Below are positions 1 to 13,989 of a DNA stretch of 64,000 nt, in pieces. The stretch is from Octopus sinensis. Its lineage: Eukaryota. The notes beneath the pieces were generated by a model, which worked only from the letters and a program-made list of their open reading frames with translations, did not search any database and was not told the DNA's origin. Each line of letters begins with the position of its first letter. Within the stretch, counting starts at the first letter, position 1. The position numbers were made by a program, and so were the translations under genes. Location of the stretch: positions 12,090,001 through 12,154,000 of the forward strand of contig NC_043015.1 of the NCBI RefSeq assembly GCF_006345805.1, in the 5' to 3' direction.

Positions 1-309
1 ACTCTTCCTCAGTTTTTCCGAACATGTGGAAACTGCCATCATTATACACTATGAAGTTATATAATTTAGTAACACGTTATACATTATATAACATTAACTA
101 CAAAAATGTGACGCTATATAATACATAGCATTATATAGTATAACATAACTTTCTGTAATGCAATATGACGTTACAGAATAAATGACATCATATAATTTAT
201 GACATGTAACGGTATGAAGTAAAGAATTCGCATTGGGCAAAAATACACATAATCTCCATTTGTTATTGTTGTTGTTGAACCCCGAGGCAGGCCTAACTTA
301 GCAGATCTA

Positions 310-871
310 TCGAGTTGTCCGGAAAGTTCGTGCCGATTTATTGTAGCTTACCGTTCGACTTATTTTAGAACATGGTTGAGTCCATAAAACAGGATTTGAC
401 TACACTTCCATTTAGAACACAGTTTAGGCTATCTTTTCGTGAAAGAAGGTTTACGTTCCTATAACCTGTGTTAATTCTGTAACCCTTTAAAATGGAAGAT
501 AAGAAAGTTCATTTTTTGGCACTTGATGCTTTGGGAACCAGACAAAAATTGCTGCAGCTCGGCTGGAATGTGTTACCCCACCCTCCATATTCACCAGATA
601 TTGCTCCTTCGGATTTCCACTTATTCAAGGTCTCTGCAGAATAGTCTTAATGGTAAAAATTTCAATTCCTTGGATGACATAAAAAGAGACATTGATGAAT
701 TCTTTGCCACGAAACCACCTCAATTCTGGGAAGAGGATAAGTTAAAGGAAAGATGGAGACACATTGTGCAAAAAAATGGTTCATATTTGGTTGATTAAAA
801 ATATAATGACAAGTACTTATTGACCTTTTTCTTTCCTTTAAAAATCGGAACGAACTTTCCGAACAACACAG
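310..871 (+). mobile_element. Internally deleted mariner (Tc1/mariner) element with both TIRs and TA target duplication
   Basis: TIRs tcgagttgtccggaaagttcgtgccgattt (310) and reverse complement of aaaatcggaacgaactttccgaacaacacag (841-871), each flanked by TA. N-terminus MEDKKVHF (ATG ~492) joins directly to the C-terminal HPPYSPD-type motif and F...SLQNSLNGKNFNSLDDIK...ERWRHIVQKNGSY. Confidence 0.9.
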
Positions 872-1437
872 TATTATTAAAGATATTCCAGTTGTGACAA
901 TCCTGTTTTTTCTTTTTATTTTTTCATATGTTCATAGAATTCAGGATTATATTATGCAGTGTATCGTTGTCTGAAACTGACGAAGATTCGTCTGCTATTT
1001 CTAGCATTCGATCAACCACGTAATAGCTCCCTATGTGGCTCCTATAATTCCAAGCCAATCTTCCACAGTTGACAATACTTCTATCTTTCTCCTCCAACCA
1101 TCAACCACTCAACTCATCCTCCTAAGTAAATTTTAATGAAACACCTTCACTGTAAAGAGATTAAATGAAAATGCCTTGCAACAAGTTACGTGTTTTATAT
1201 TTCATCTGTTTTAATACGTAGTAATAGTAGTAGTAATGGTTATGATAATGGTAATAGTGTGAAAAATGAAAGGTGATGGGGGAGTGGGGGGTCTGTTCAT
1301 TTAGTGCATTCATCTTTTCGATTCATTGTATGCATCGTATCGCGTGTAATATATGCTTTATATATTACTGTGTCAGAGTTTGCATGAACACTTCTGCACA
1401 TAAATATATAAATATCTAAATATCTATCAAGCAATAT

Positions 1438-1505
<68 letters not shown>

Positions 1506-1562
1506 ATTTTTATTTTTATTTATGTAGTTTCAGCTCACGAGCTGTGGCCATGCTGGAGCACC

Positions 1563-1594
<32 letters not shown>

Positions 1595-1957
1595 CGCGCA
1601 AATGTCGAACAATGAAATGAGTGCTCAACACCGCATTGGTGGATATATAATTTCTTTATATGTGAATTAATGTTACCATTGGTTTTATGCTAAGAAAAGT
1701 AGGAAAATATTCTAGTGTCTTAATTTTTCAAGCTGATCACATGAAGGAAGGTGTTCGCCTACCTTTCTCCATGAGATCGGCTTGAAAAATTGTTGAGATA
1801 CTAGGATAATATCTCCTTTTCTTACATGAAACCAATGGTAGCTTTAATTCACAAATAGATTATATATCTTATTTCACCTCGAGACGTTTAATCGAACATA
1901 TCAACCCCGTAACTTCTTTTTAGTCTGGTACTTATTCTATATATATAGAGAGAGAGA

Positions 1958-2110
1958 ACTTTCTTTACGATCTGAGTTCAAATTCTGCCGAGGTCGACTT
2001 TGCCTTTCGTCCTTTCGAAGTTGATAAAATAAATACCAGCTGAGAACTAAGGTCGATATAATCGACTTACCTCGTCCCCCTAACTTGCCGGCCTTGTACC
2101 GAAATTTGAA
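1958..2110 (+). mobile_element. tRNA-derived SINE fragment (family A)
   Basis: ctgagttcaaattctgccgaggtcgactttgcctttc core with B-box-like gttcaaatt, shared with many copies in the window. Confidence 0.8.
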
Positions 2111-2116
2111 ATATTT

Positions 2117-2630
2117 TAGATATGAACTTAGAATAACTGTGAGTATTAATACTAACGAAGTCGAATTTGTAGATGTTACACTGAATGTCACATACGGCCC
2201 TTGTAGAAAACTTAATGATGTTAAACGTTATATTCACAAAGACTCTAACCACCCACCTAATATGATAAATTTACCCAGAAACATCAGTAAAAGAATTTAT
2301 AAAATATCATCTAAAGAAAAGACTTCTAAGCTTGCTGGTGTATTTTATAATGAGGCACTAAAGAGGAGCGACTTCAATGACAAGATAGACTATATTCCCC
2401 TACAAGGATCTTTTAATGCTAGAAATACTAGGACTATATTCCCCTACAAGGATCTTTTAATGTTAGAAATACTAGGAATGACTAAGTTATAAAGTAAAAC
2501 GCCCTTCAGTTTTAATATCAGATCAAATATTGCAAGATGCTTCCTAAATTTAATCAAAAGGCTCACTCTTAGAAGCCATAAGTTCCACAAATGCTTTAAA
2601 CATATATAACATTAAGTTACAGCTGCGCGG
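2117..2630 (+). pseudogene. Penelope-like element reverse transcriptase C-terminal/linker fragment
   Basis: EFVDVTLN...YIHKDSNHPP...ISSKE...YNEALKRS followed by PFSFNIRSNIARCFLNLI...HKFHK, matching the PLE pattern FLDVTL/YIH.SNHPP/PPFS.NV.TNI; frameshifted. Confidence 0.75.
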
Positions 2631-2696
2631 AAATTTTTACCCCCTTTGTTAACTGGAATTTAAAGAAAGAAATTTCGTTTTCCTACACACGATTCT

Positions 2697-3801
<1,105 letters not shown>

Positions 3802-4659
3802 TATAGATGTAGTGATGTGGTATGGTAGTGTATAAGTGTAATAATGTGGTATGGTAGCGAACAGATGTAATAATACAATACAGCGTAGCGCTCGGAGCGA
3901 TTCCAATATTTTCATGCTTCAGGAAAATGTTAGTCCGCCAATCTGGTTTTCACATGGAGATAGGAATATTGCCAGGCTGTTATTTCGGTTCTTGTTCTTG
4001 TTCTTGTTCTTGTTGTTGCAGTTGTTACTATAGTTGCTGCTACTAATGATGATGATGATGATGATGATGATGATGCTTGTATCTATGTTTATTCTCATTT
4101 GCTCTCCAAGATTTGACGAAGCTGCTGGTGGAAGAGTGCCACTTCTACACACACATACACACACACACATACACACACACACCTTGCAGGTCATGTCTTC
4201 TTCATTACCACCACCACCAATCACAACAACAACCTCTAACACGACACGCACGAACACCATCTCCCAATCTCCATCACACCCCTGCGAACACCATCACACC
4301 AACAAGAAAACAGCCATCTTGACCACCATCTTATCTAGCGATAATCTGCCATCTTGCCATCTTTTAAGACGTTTAGGTGTGATTTGACAGAGATTTGGCT
4401 GTTATTTCTAACAGCTCGTAAATAAGGTAAGTTGGCTTCCCAACAGTAATTAAACCTACAGAAATTAAAGTTCAACATCAATACGTCTTGTTTTCAACAT
4501 TTTAAGACACTTTAAAACTATGATCTCAAGTATTTCTCTTCCTCAAAGTAAGTCATAAAATGTACGTACAGCTTCTTAGTTACCAGTTTACTTGTTATGT
4601 TTAAAAATCATTGGGGATAATAAAACATCGATAACGAAAACCTGGCTGGCCTCTTGCTA

Positions 4660-5248
4660 AAATATTCTTCACTACTCTAGGCAAACGGCCCAAAATTTTT
4701 GGGGGGAGGCCAGTCGATTAGATCGATCCCAGCACGCAACTGGTACTTAATTTATCGACCCCGAAAGGATGAAAGCAAAGTCGACCTCGGCAGAATTTGA
4801 ACTCAGAACATAAAGACTGACGAAATACCTATTTCTTTACTACCCACAAGGGGCTAAACACAGAGAGGACAAACAAGGACAGACAAAGGGATTAAGTCGA
4901 TTATATCAAACCCAGTGCGTAACTGGTACTTATTTAATCGACCCCGAAAGGATAAAAGGCAAAGTCGACCTCGGCGGAATTTGAACTCAGAACGTAGCGG
5001 CAGACGAAATACCTATTTCTTTATTACCCACAAATGGCTAAACACAGAGGGGACAAACAAGGACAGACATAGGTATTAAGTCGATTACATCGACCCCCAG
5101 TGCATAACTGGTACTTAATTTATCGACTCCGAAAGGATGAAAGGCAAAGTTGACCTCGGCGGAATTTGAACTCACAACGTAGCGGCAGACGAAATACCGC
5201 TAAGCATTTCTCCCGGCGTGCTAACGATTCTGCCAGCTCGCCGCCTTT
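4660..5248 (-). mobile_element. Family A SINE trimer (head plus tandem ~184-bp units)
   Basis: Three gaactca(g/c)aac units joined by the junction gacgaaatacctatttcttta; tRNA-like head (reverse complement ggcggcgagctggcagaatcgttagc) at ~5248. Confidence 0.88.
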
Positions 5249-5296
5249 TCTTGCTAAGATATTGAAAATAATTGACAATATTTTCTAGAAAAACAA

Positions 5297-5440
5297 GGGC
5301 GGTGAGCCGGCAGAATTGTTAGCACGCCGGTCAAAATGTTTAACGGCATTTCGCCCGTCTTTACTTTCTGAGTTCAAATTCCGTCGAGGTTTACTTTGCA
5401 TTTCATCCTTTCGGGGTCGATAAAATAAATACCAGCCGTA
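5297..5440 (+). mobile_element. Family A SINE, opposite orientation, head-to-head with the trimer
   Basis: ggcggtgagccggcagaattgttagcacgcc...ctgagttcaaattcc starts ~50 bp after the minus-strand head. Confidence 0.85.
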
Positions 5441-5489
5441 ACTGTTGGCCTATATATACATACATACATACATACATACATACACATAT

Positions 5490-5705
5490 ATATATATTTG
5501 TGTGTCTGTGTTTGTTCCCCACCATCGCTTGACAACAAGAGTTGGTATGTTTACGTCCCTGTAACTCAGCAGTTCGGCAAAAGAGGCCGATAGAATAAGT
5601 ACTTGGCTTACAAAGAATACGTCCTGGGGTCGATTTGTTCGACTAAAGGCGGTGCTCCAGCACGGCCGCAGTTAAAATGACTGAAACAAGTAAAAGAATA
5701 AAAGA
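5490..5705 (+). mobile_element. SINE family B 3' half
   Basis: catcgcttgacaac...gttcggcaaaagag.ccgatagaataagtac...ctaaaggcggtgctccagca...gactgaaacaagtaaaaga, same as 37630-37830 and 41760-41950. Confidence 0.85.
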
Positions 5706-5721
5706 ATATATATATATATAT

Positions 5722-6160
5722 AGCTCTGGCCCTGGTCGAACTCTGCCAACTGGTGTGACTATATCCTCCTTTATAGTTGGCATTTGGTTAATGAGGGTGT
5801 TTGAGGCTGCTGTCTTCATTCTCAATTCCTGCCGTGAAGGTGGTTCATTTGGGACTCTTGACACTTTAATTTTGAAGAATGTAGATCTACACTATGTAGG
5901 TCTCTCTCTGCTCCTTCGGTAAGATATTGAAGAGCTGTGGGCCCTTGAACCCCAAGCTATTGCAATATCTGGCCCTGTATTTTGACGGCAGGAAAGGGAT
6001 TTTCAACACTGTGCAATGGTGCTCTGTTCCGGCATTTGTATAACTTTCAACGCCAAAGTCTGGGACAAGTCTTTCCAGGATCCTCCAGATTTATATTGCA
6101 ACATATCTTTCGGGCCTTTGTTAAAGGGAAGTGGAGTCTTAACCTCTTGGGCATATGTAC
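5722..6160 (-). pseudogene. CR1/L2-group LINE 3' end fragment
   Basis: Minus-strand frames give ...GVQGP..LQYL...VDLH..KIKVSRVPNEPPSRQELRMKTAASNTLINQ, resembling CR1-type C-termini (GP.LFN.LP...FK..LD..L..VPDEP...AA.NSL). Confidence 0.65.
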
Positions 6161-6164
6161 ATTT

Positions 6165-6165
<1 letters not shown>

Positions 6166-6231
<66 letters not shown>

Positions 6232-6286
6232 CGGACAGAAAGTCAGACGGACAGAAAGACGGACGGACGGACAGACAGACAGACAG

Positions 6287-6319
<33 letters not shown>

Positions 6320-6437
6320 TAGATAGACGGACGGATGGACGGACGGACAGACAGACAGACAGACAGACAGATAGATAGACGGACGGACGGACGGACGGAC
6401 AGACAGACAGACAGACAGATAGATAGACGGACGGACG

Positions 6438-6468
<31 letters not shown>

Positions 6469-6494
6469 AGAGACAGACAGACAGACAGACAGAC

Positions 6495-6570
<76 letters not shown>
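6166..6570. repeat. Compound (GATA)n/(GACA)n/(GACG)n microsatellite
   Basis: Directly visible. Confidence 0.97.
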
Positions 6571-6571
<1 letters not shown>

Positions 6572-6924
6572 GAATTGAACCCTGTACTTAAGAGTATTCA
6601 TATTTTCCATTTGGCTGAAAAGCTACATCAAGAACAGAAAGTTTCGTTCGTTACTCATCAAACTTAACAAAAATTCCGTAATTTATTCTATGTACAGGAT
6701 TCACTTATATTTTTTTCCGGAATGTTCGATTGAAAATATTACTAGAATCATGTGATAATCAACAAATTTTTAATTCTAGCCCTTCAGTGAAATGAAAGCA
6801 GAAACAGAGTATGATGAAAGTTTAATCATACATATAAAAAAATACGCATCGATGCATATAATAAAACAAATACGCAGACATACATAAAATACACACACAC
6901 ACACACACACACACAACTTTATTA

Positions 6925-7727
6925 AGCAAGTGAAATAATATTCTTAAGATTATAAACCTGGAAAATTATAGGACAAGTTATTTATTACATTTGGAAAAGT
7001 TCAGGACAAGTTATTATATCTGGTAAAGTAGAGAACAAGAAGATTTTTACTTAAAATATTGCAGCTAACGATAAGATTTCCAATAAAATGTTTAGATTTA
7101 GAAAATATTAGCTTTTATTAAAACTAAAAATTTTATTGCAACGTATTACTACTATTTGTTATTACTTGTTATTCTAGTAAAAATTTAAAAAATAACTCAA
7201 TCAAAATACTGTTTAATTTTTTCAATTATTAATTAATAATTATAAATTTGAAAATAGGTTATTAAAAATAATAGTACTACATAATTAGTACAATAAATAG
7301 AATAATTACAAAATTTGTTATATATTATAGTAAAATCAACCTATAACAAATTCACAGTAAAATTTGCTTGGTTATTGCCAAGTCTTCACATTTTAAGTCT
7401 TGACACAACGGCTATTTTTTCGCCTACCATATATGTGATTCTACTTTGCATAAAACTTTAGCTATAGTGGTACTTCTGGCTCTCGTTTTTAAGTATTCTA
7501 GTGTGTCAATATTCTAACAAAATGATGGTATCTTTTTTAATTATAATGTAACTTTGTAAATTAAAATCAAATAATTTTTAATATTCAAATTTTATCCTCA
7601 GCTGCAATAGTTTTAGTAAAAATTTTTTTGTTCTGTACTTTACTTGATGTAATAACTTGCCCTGAACTTTTCCAACTTGTCCTGTACTTTTCCAGGTTTA
7701 TAATCTTAAGAATATATTTCTCTTGCT
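6925..7727. mobile_element. AT-rich foldback/MITE-like element with long diverged inverted termini
   Basis: agcaagtgaaataatattcttaagattataaacctggaaaa (6925) is mirrored by ttttccaggtttataatcttaagaatatatttctcttgct (ends 7727); similarity continues for about 150 bp inward. Confidence 0.75.
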
Positions 7728-8049
7728 CGCATTTTTTCATGTAATCCATATTTTTTCCAGGTTAAGCTATTATGCTAATTAATAATGTGTCAATAATTTA
7801 AGATTTTACCTCATTCAAAATTACTTCAAAAACTTTTGTCCTGACAAGGCGAGTTAAATTCAACCTACGCAAAGGAGTAAGTGTCACTCATGAGAATTAA
7901 CTCAATCTGAAATCATCGATGATTTGAGACTTCTTGCTTGCTGTAGGGAAGTTGGTCTCTTTGTCAGTCAATAGATAAGTGGCTAAGAGTCGTTTTGACT
8001 CTTATTTCTGGCAATGTTGGTACTGATTTTCACCCTTAGTCACTTAAGT

Positions 8050-8240
8050 GACGTTTAGCTATGATAGATCGTTAGCCACTACACACATTTTTTTTTCTCC
8101 TTGTTTTTTCTGTGTCCCTTTCTGTAGAAGAGCGTAGGCTCGAAACGTAAAAGACTTTTTCTATTCCTGAGCATTATACTAATACATCTGTTTGTTTTGT
8201 ACACCACCTGTCTTCGTCTTTTGTTTTTTTTTCATAAACT
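8050..8240 (+). mobile_element. Family C repeat (probable Penelope-like pLTR) carrying a hammerhead-like fold at 8118-8153
   Basis: cttt CTGTAGA a gagc gtag gctc GAAA cgt A aaag; homologous to 34140-34390 and 54430-54640. Confidence 0.65.
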
Positions 8241-8247
8241 CTCCTAT

Positions 8248-8298
<51 letters not shown>

Positions 8299-8550
8299 GT
8301 GTGTGTGTGTGTATAGTAGAAATATGTTACAAAAAGAAAAGAAAAAATACACGTGGAAATGTAAGGGGAAAGTAAGAAAAATCAACGAAAATGCACGTTG
8401 TAAATAAAAAAAGAAAAGGCTTTTTATGAAAGTAACAACAGATATATATATACATTTAGATGGACTGAGGTAGTAATAATATAATCATAAAAGTCATTAA
8501 TATGAATATGATAACTGTATGGTATAGATATTATATAATATAATCTATAT

Positions 8551-8597
<47 letters not shown>

Positions 8598-8829
8598 CAT
8601 ATAGTAATATAGATCTACATATACATATATATGGGTATATGGGATTAAATAACGGCAAGCTCTAGCATACGCTTCGGCATAGTTAGGAATTTAAAATTTT
8701 ATGTACTGATACGTTTTAAACGAAAACATCATAGGCTGCTTAGCTTTCCTTCTGAAAATTTCTATAAGGCCAAGCAAAGTCAGATAATGTGACAGACAAA
8801 GAGACCAGACAGATATAGGTCCTTCTCAG

Positions 8830-9055
8830 CCTTAGGCTCATAAAACGGACTTCCTGAATTTTGTGGCATATGTCTATTACGTCCCACCCTACCCCATACT
8901 GGCTCCGCGCAGGATTACTCATTTTTGCCTGCTGAGTGGAACTGGAGCAAAATGAAATTAAGTGTTCTGCCCAAACACACAACGCATCCCCCGGTCAAAA
9001 AATCGAAACCACAATATTACATCATCAGTACAAAAACGCTAACCACTAAGCCGTG
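8830..9055 (-). mobile_element. tRNA-derived SINE (family D)
   Basis: Minus-strand head cacggcttagtggttagcg...ggtttcgattt, then gggcagaacacttaatttcattttgctccagttccactcagc; same family as 17560-17890. Confidence 0.75.
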
Positions 9056-9084
9056 TGTCTTCATACATTCATAAATGTGTGTAT

Positions 9085-9672
<588 letters not shown>

Positions 9673-12600
9673 GTTTCTTTATTAGCCACACAGGGCTGCA
9701 CACAGACAGGACAAATTACAAGGTAGAGATTTTCTTTTGGGGGTAAAAAAGGGGGTTTGGTTTTCGATCAAAAGGGATCGTAAAAGGAAAGAAAGAGGAC
9801 AAAATAAGGGGGGGATATAATTAAAAAAAAAGGGAAAGGAAAAAAATTGATCAATAGGGATCGTTATCACAGAAATGTCAATATAAAGTGTAAAGGGGAG
9901 GACAGGTGAGGTTTACCCGTGGAAAGAAAAGCCTACGGAAAAGACCACGGTAACCTCGGTCAATGAAGTCACATGTTATATATATATATTTTTTCTACAA
10001 ATAAGCAACTCTCTGTCTTAATTTTTACGGTTCATAGTCAAGGTGGCTTCGTCATTCATACGTACCATCTTTGCTACATTCACCCATCTTTTTTTAAAAC
10101 ATTCACTAGACAACACTTGCCTCTCTACTCTCACTTTCCTCTTAAGTGATACTTGAAGAAGTTGATGAGAGATTGACCAAGAGGAAAGTGTTTGTCTCTA
10201 ATAATCCTTTCAGGCGCGTCCACCAGATATATTCTTTCGCCATAGCCACAAGTATGATAAAATAGCTCTTCCTTCCCGTTTGAAGGAAGGAGACGTGACG
10301 ATATTAACGATAGACTCGGCTGATAAACCGACACGTCCCACACGTGACAGCAGTCGTTCGACTAAGCCCACAGGTCTGAGGTTGGACACGCACGTTGTGT
10401 GCAGAACGGTTTCGTCTCTGCCATCTCGGGCAGGTCGGCCCCGTGTTTCTCGAGCCATGCCTATAGGGCTTATCCCGAACGGGTAGCGCTTCTCGGTAGC
10501 ACTGCCAGGCCAGGGATCTCTGGAAGTTGTCCATAGATCCCGACCTGAAAGTCTTTTCAAACAGGCGGGTCAGGTATTCCTCGTCGACGCCCAGGTTTGC
10601 CCCAAGATCGTCGTCGTACCTCCCCTCCACTAATCCCCTATAAATGCTTTGGTTGTGTTGAAGTCACTAAAGGTCGACCCGGACGGCAGAGTTGCTTGAG
10701 AGCAACGCGACACTCGCGTGCCATTCGCCCTTCCTCGGCCTCTTTTTGATCCACGACTGCAGTTCGGTCATGGAGACGAGCTGCGGGAACGCGTGCCTCA
10801 CAAACGGCGACCACACCTGTTCACCGTCGTCTACATAGAGCCGGAGATGTCGCAGTCTCAGCGCGTGTCTGTGCATCATCAACCACGGCATATCCAGCCC
10901 TCCTTTTAACGGGTGTTGACAGCAAATGGATCGCCTGACCATCGGGACGCATCCTTTCCACAAGAAGCGGAAGAGAATGCGTTCTAGTTTGGTGATGGTA
11001 GGGTCGGGTCAAGGTACGACGGTCAGGCGGTAGTAGATGATGGACGCGATGTACGTGTTCGCCACCTCCGCCCGACCTTTTAGGGACAGTTTCCTCTCGG
11101 CCCATTGCCGGGCGAGAGTGACCACCCTACTCGTTATCTCGTTCCAGTTCTTCTCCATTTGGAGGTCCGAACCGAACCAGACCCCGAGCAACTCAACCGG
11201 ACCGTCCGTCCAGCGTCCCACGGCGGAGGTACTGGTGGACGGCATGGGCTTGCTTCTCCAAGTGCCGAGCCGCAAGCCCACTGACGTTTCCCGGTTGATT
11301 TTTGCTCCTGTCACCGCTTCGTGGTCTTTCAGTGTCTCGCCGACCAGCTTGATGTGCTCGTGGCTTGACACTATGACGGTGACGTCGTCCGCGTATGCAG
11401 ACACGCTCGTCCCGAATCCCAATTCTCGCGGGATGCCCCTCAGTGTCGCCAGCTTCCGCAGTAGTGGCTCGAGAGTCAATACGTATAGAAGCGCTGAGAG
11501 GGGGCATCCCTGACGGACCGAACGTGCAATGTCGAAAGGTCTCGATAGATGTCCATTTATGCGAATTACCGAACGGATGCCTCTGTACAAGGCAGCTATC
11601 CAGCCGCGGAAGACGGGACCGAAACCAGCCTCTCTCAGGACTGCCTCCAAGTATCGATGGTCTACCCTATCGAAGGCTTTCGATTGATCCAAGTTGATCA
11701 GGATCCCACCCATGCCAGGTTCCTTAACTACTCTGTCTATGGTGTAGCGCATCAGATGGAGGTTATCATGGATGCTCCGGCCCGGCACGGCGCACGTTTG
11801 TGCGTTGTCGACCAGTTTCTTGATGACAAGCGCCAACCTCTTGGCTAACACCTTGGTCAAAATTTTCAGGTCTGCATTGAGCAGAGTGATTGGTCTAAAG
11901 TTATCTATAATCTTCCCCTTGTTTGGATCTTTCTTCAGCAGCGTTACGGCTCCTCGACTCACAAAACCGGGTATGCTCCCGTTTTGCTGCCAGTTGCAGT
12001 ATACCGCTGCCAAGACGTCTCCAAACAAGTCTGGCATACAATTGTAAAACTCGTAGGGCAGACCATCCAAACCCGGCGATTTGTCTCTCGAACATTCTGC
12101 CATCGCGTCCCGCACATCCGCCGCCGTGATGGTACCTTCGCAGCACTCTGCCTCTCTTGCCGAGAGTCGTGGTAGGCTGTGCAGGTAGGCACTGAAGTCC
12201 ACCCTGCGTTCAGGCTCGCCACTCGTCCCGTACAGTCGGGCAAAGTGCCGCTGAAATGTCTCGCACATCTTGCTGGGCTCGAGCAATTCGCGCCCTTGTC
12301 CATCTACCAGAGGCCGAATGGTGGCTTTGTTGCCCTGCTGCGCCTCCGCCACCCGGGCCTCCCTCGCGGCTCCAACACCTTCCATCTTTAGAGCACGCAT
12401 CCTAGCCCTGACAGCACACCCTTCGTGTTTGGCGTTGAAGTGTTGGTCAAGGGCCAACCTCGCCGCTAAAACGTCGGATGTGATGCCGCTTCTTATTGCC
12501 TCTTCTAACTTCTTAACTAACTCACCCTCCACTCTATTTCTATCTACGGCTAGTGCCTTGCTATATCTAATTGCTTCCGCTTTTACTGCTCTCTTGAGGC

Positions 12601-13367
12601 GAACCACCATTGTTGTTGACAATGGCTCCCGTTAAAGCCCTTTTTACTAACGTGTTGATTCTGTCTCTGAAAACCTGTCTGGACGGGAAAGATGCGTTCA
12701 GTTTCCAGTAACCGGGACCCTGTCTATGTGCCTTATCTAAGTCTAGCGTACACGTCACGAATTTGTGATCCGTGTAGCTCACTGTGTGGAATTGTGGACA
12801 TCCTAAGTTATCCCTGTCTACTGTCCTACACAGTATCCTATCTAGATACGATCTTGACGACCCACTGCGGTTGCTCCATGTCCACGTTGGTGCATTTGGG
12901 TGGTCGAGTCGGTACCTGTCAGACAGTTGGAATCGTCTGAGCAGGTCTCTGAGGCATTTGCATCCCCTTCTGTTTTGTCTCTCCCACATAGTCTAGATGC
13001 GTGTCCAAGGTAGCATTCCAATCCCCCACTAAAAGTAAAGGACGAGACGTTCCCAGGAATACTTCTAGACGTCGAAAGAAATCCGGCCGACCTGTTAAAG
13101 GCGGTGCGTAGACTGATACGAGTCGAAAAGCGCACCCATTGCTGCCGTCGACATCCAGAACGACCAGTCTACCCTCCGGGTCTACGAATATCGTCTTGAC
13201 TTCGAGATCCAGGCTCTTGTGAAAAAGTACCGCGGTGCCACTACCGCCCATCCTCGGCAGACAGGGAGCAAAATAAATGTTAAACTGTCCGCCAAACATG
13301 GACTTTAGGGCCCGTGGCTCTTGGAATCTGGTCTCAGTTATGGTTATGATTCCAAAATCGTGTGACT
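9673..13367 (-). mobile_element. Tx1-clade (L1 group) non-LTR retrotransposon, 5'-truncated, ORF2 with few frameshifts
   Basis: APE endonuclease (ITETRF, LVSVYAP, LLVGDWN, SYLDRI, YTDHK, GYWKLN); RT in ORF 11009-12622 (KSPGLDGLP, NFRPITLLNADLKIL, LDQSKAFDRVDH, VRQGCPLS, SAYADDV); C-terminal RSLAWQCYREALPVRD...C..C...ET..H; 3' UTR ending AATAAAgaaac. Confidence 0.93.
11009..12622 (-). pseudogene. Open reverse-transcriptase segment of Tx1 ORF2 (537 aa)
   Basis: Continuous ORF with RT motifs including YADD; frameshifted relative to the upstream endonuclease and downstream C-terminus. Confidence 0.92.
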
Positions 13368-13430
13368 TAGATAGATAGATAGATGGAGATGGATGGATGA
13401 TGGATGGATGGATGGATGGATGGATGGATG

Positions 13431-13505
<75 letters not shown>

Positions 13506-13521
13506 TGACAGACAGATGGAC

Positions 13522-13600
<79 letters not shown>

Positions 13601-13796
13601 CAGACAGACAGACAGACAAGCAGACAGACAGACAGACAAGCAGACAGACAGACAGACGGACGGACGGACGGACGGACGGACGGACGGACGGATGAGTGGG
13701 TGGATGGATGGATGGATGGATGGATGGATGGATGCGTGGGTGGGTGGATGGATGGATGGATGGAAATAGATAGATAGATGGATGGAGATAAATAAA

Positions 13797-13846
<50 letters not shown>

Positions 13847-13902
13847 TACGGACGGACGGACATACAGACGGACGGACGGATGGATGGATGGGCGGATGGA
13901 TG

Positions 13903-13988
<86 letters not shown>
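13368..13988. repeat. Compound GATA/GATG/GACA/GACG tract (5' flank of the Tx1 element)
   Basis: Directly visible; same strand orientation as the tract at 9440-9672. Confidence 0.97.

Positions 13989-13989
<1 letters not shown>

Noticed and set aside
4034-4387. Short ORFs with an acceptor-like ctccaag
   Set aside because: They run into (CA)n and (CAC)n repeats with no donor site or homology evidence.
6625-6668. Possible minus-strand hammerhead (TTGATGA gt..ac GAAA)
   Set aside because: Stem I does not pair after the putative cleavage site and stem III is only 2 bp.
10200-13300. GC-rich block as bacterial contamination or horizontal transfer
   Set aside because: It encodes a Tx1 LINE ORF2 and is joined to host microsatellites at both ends.
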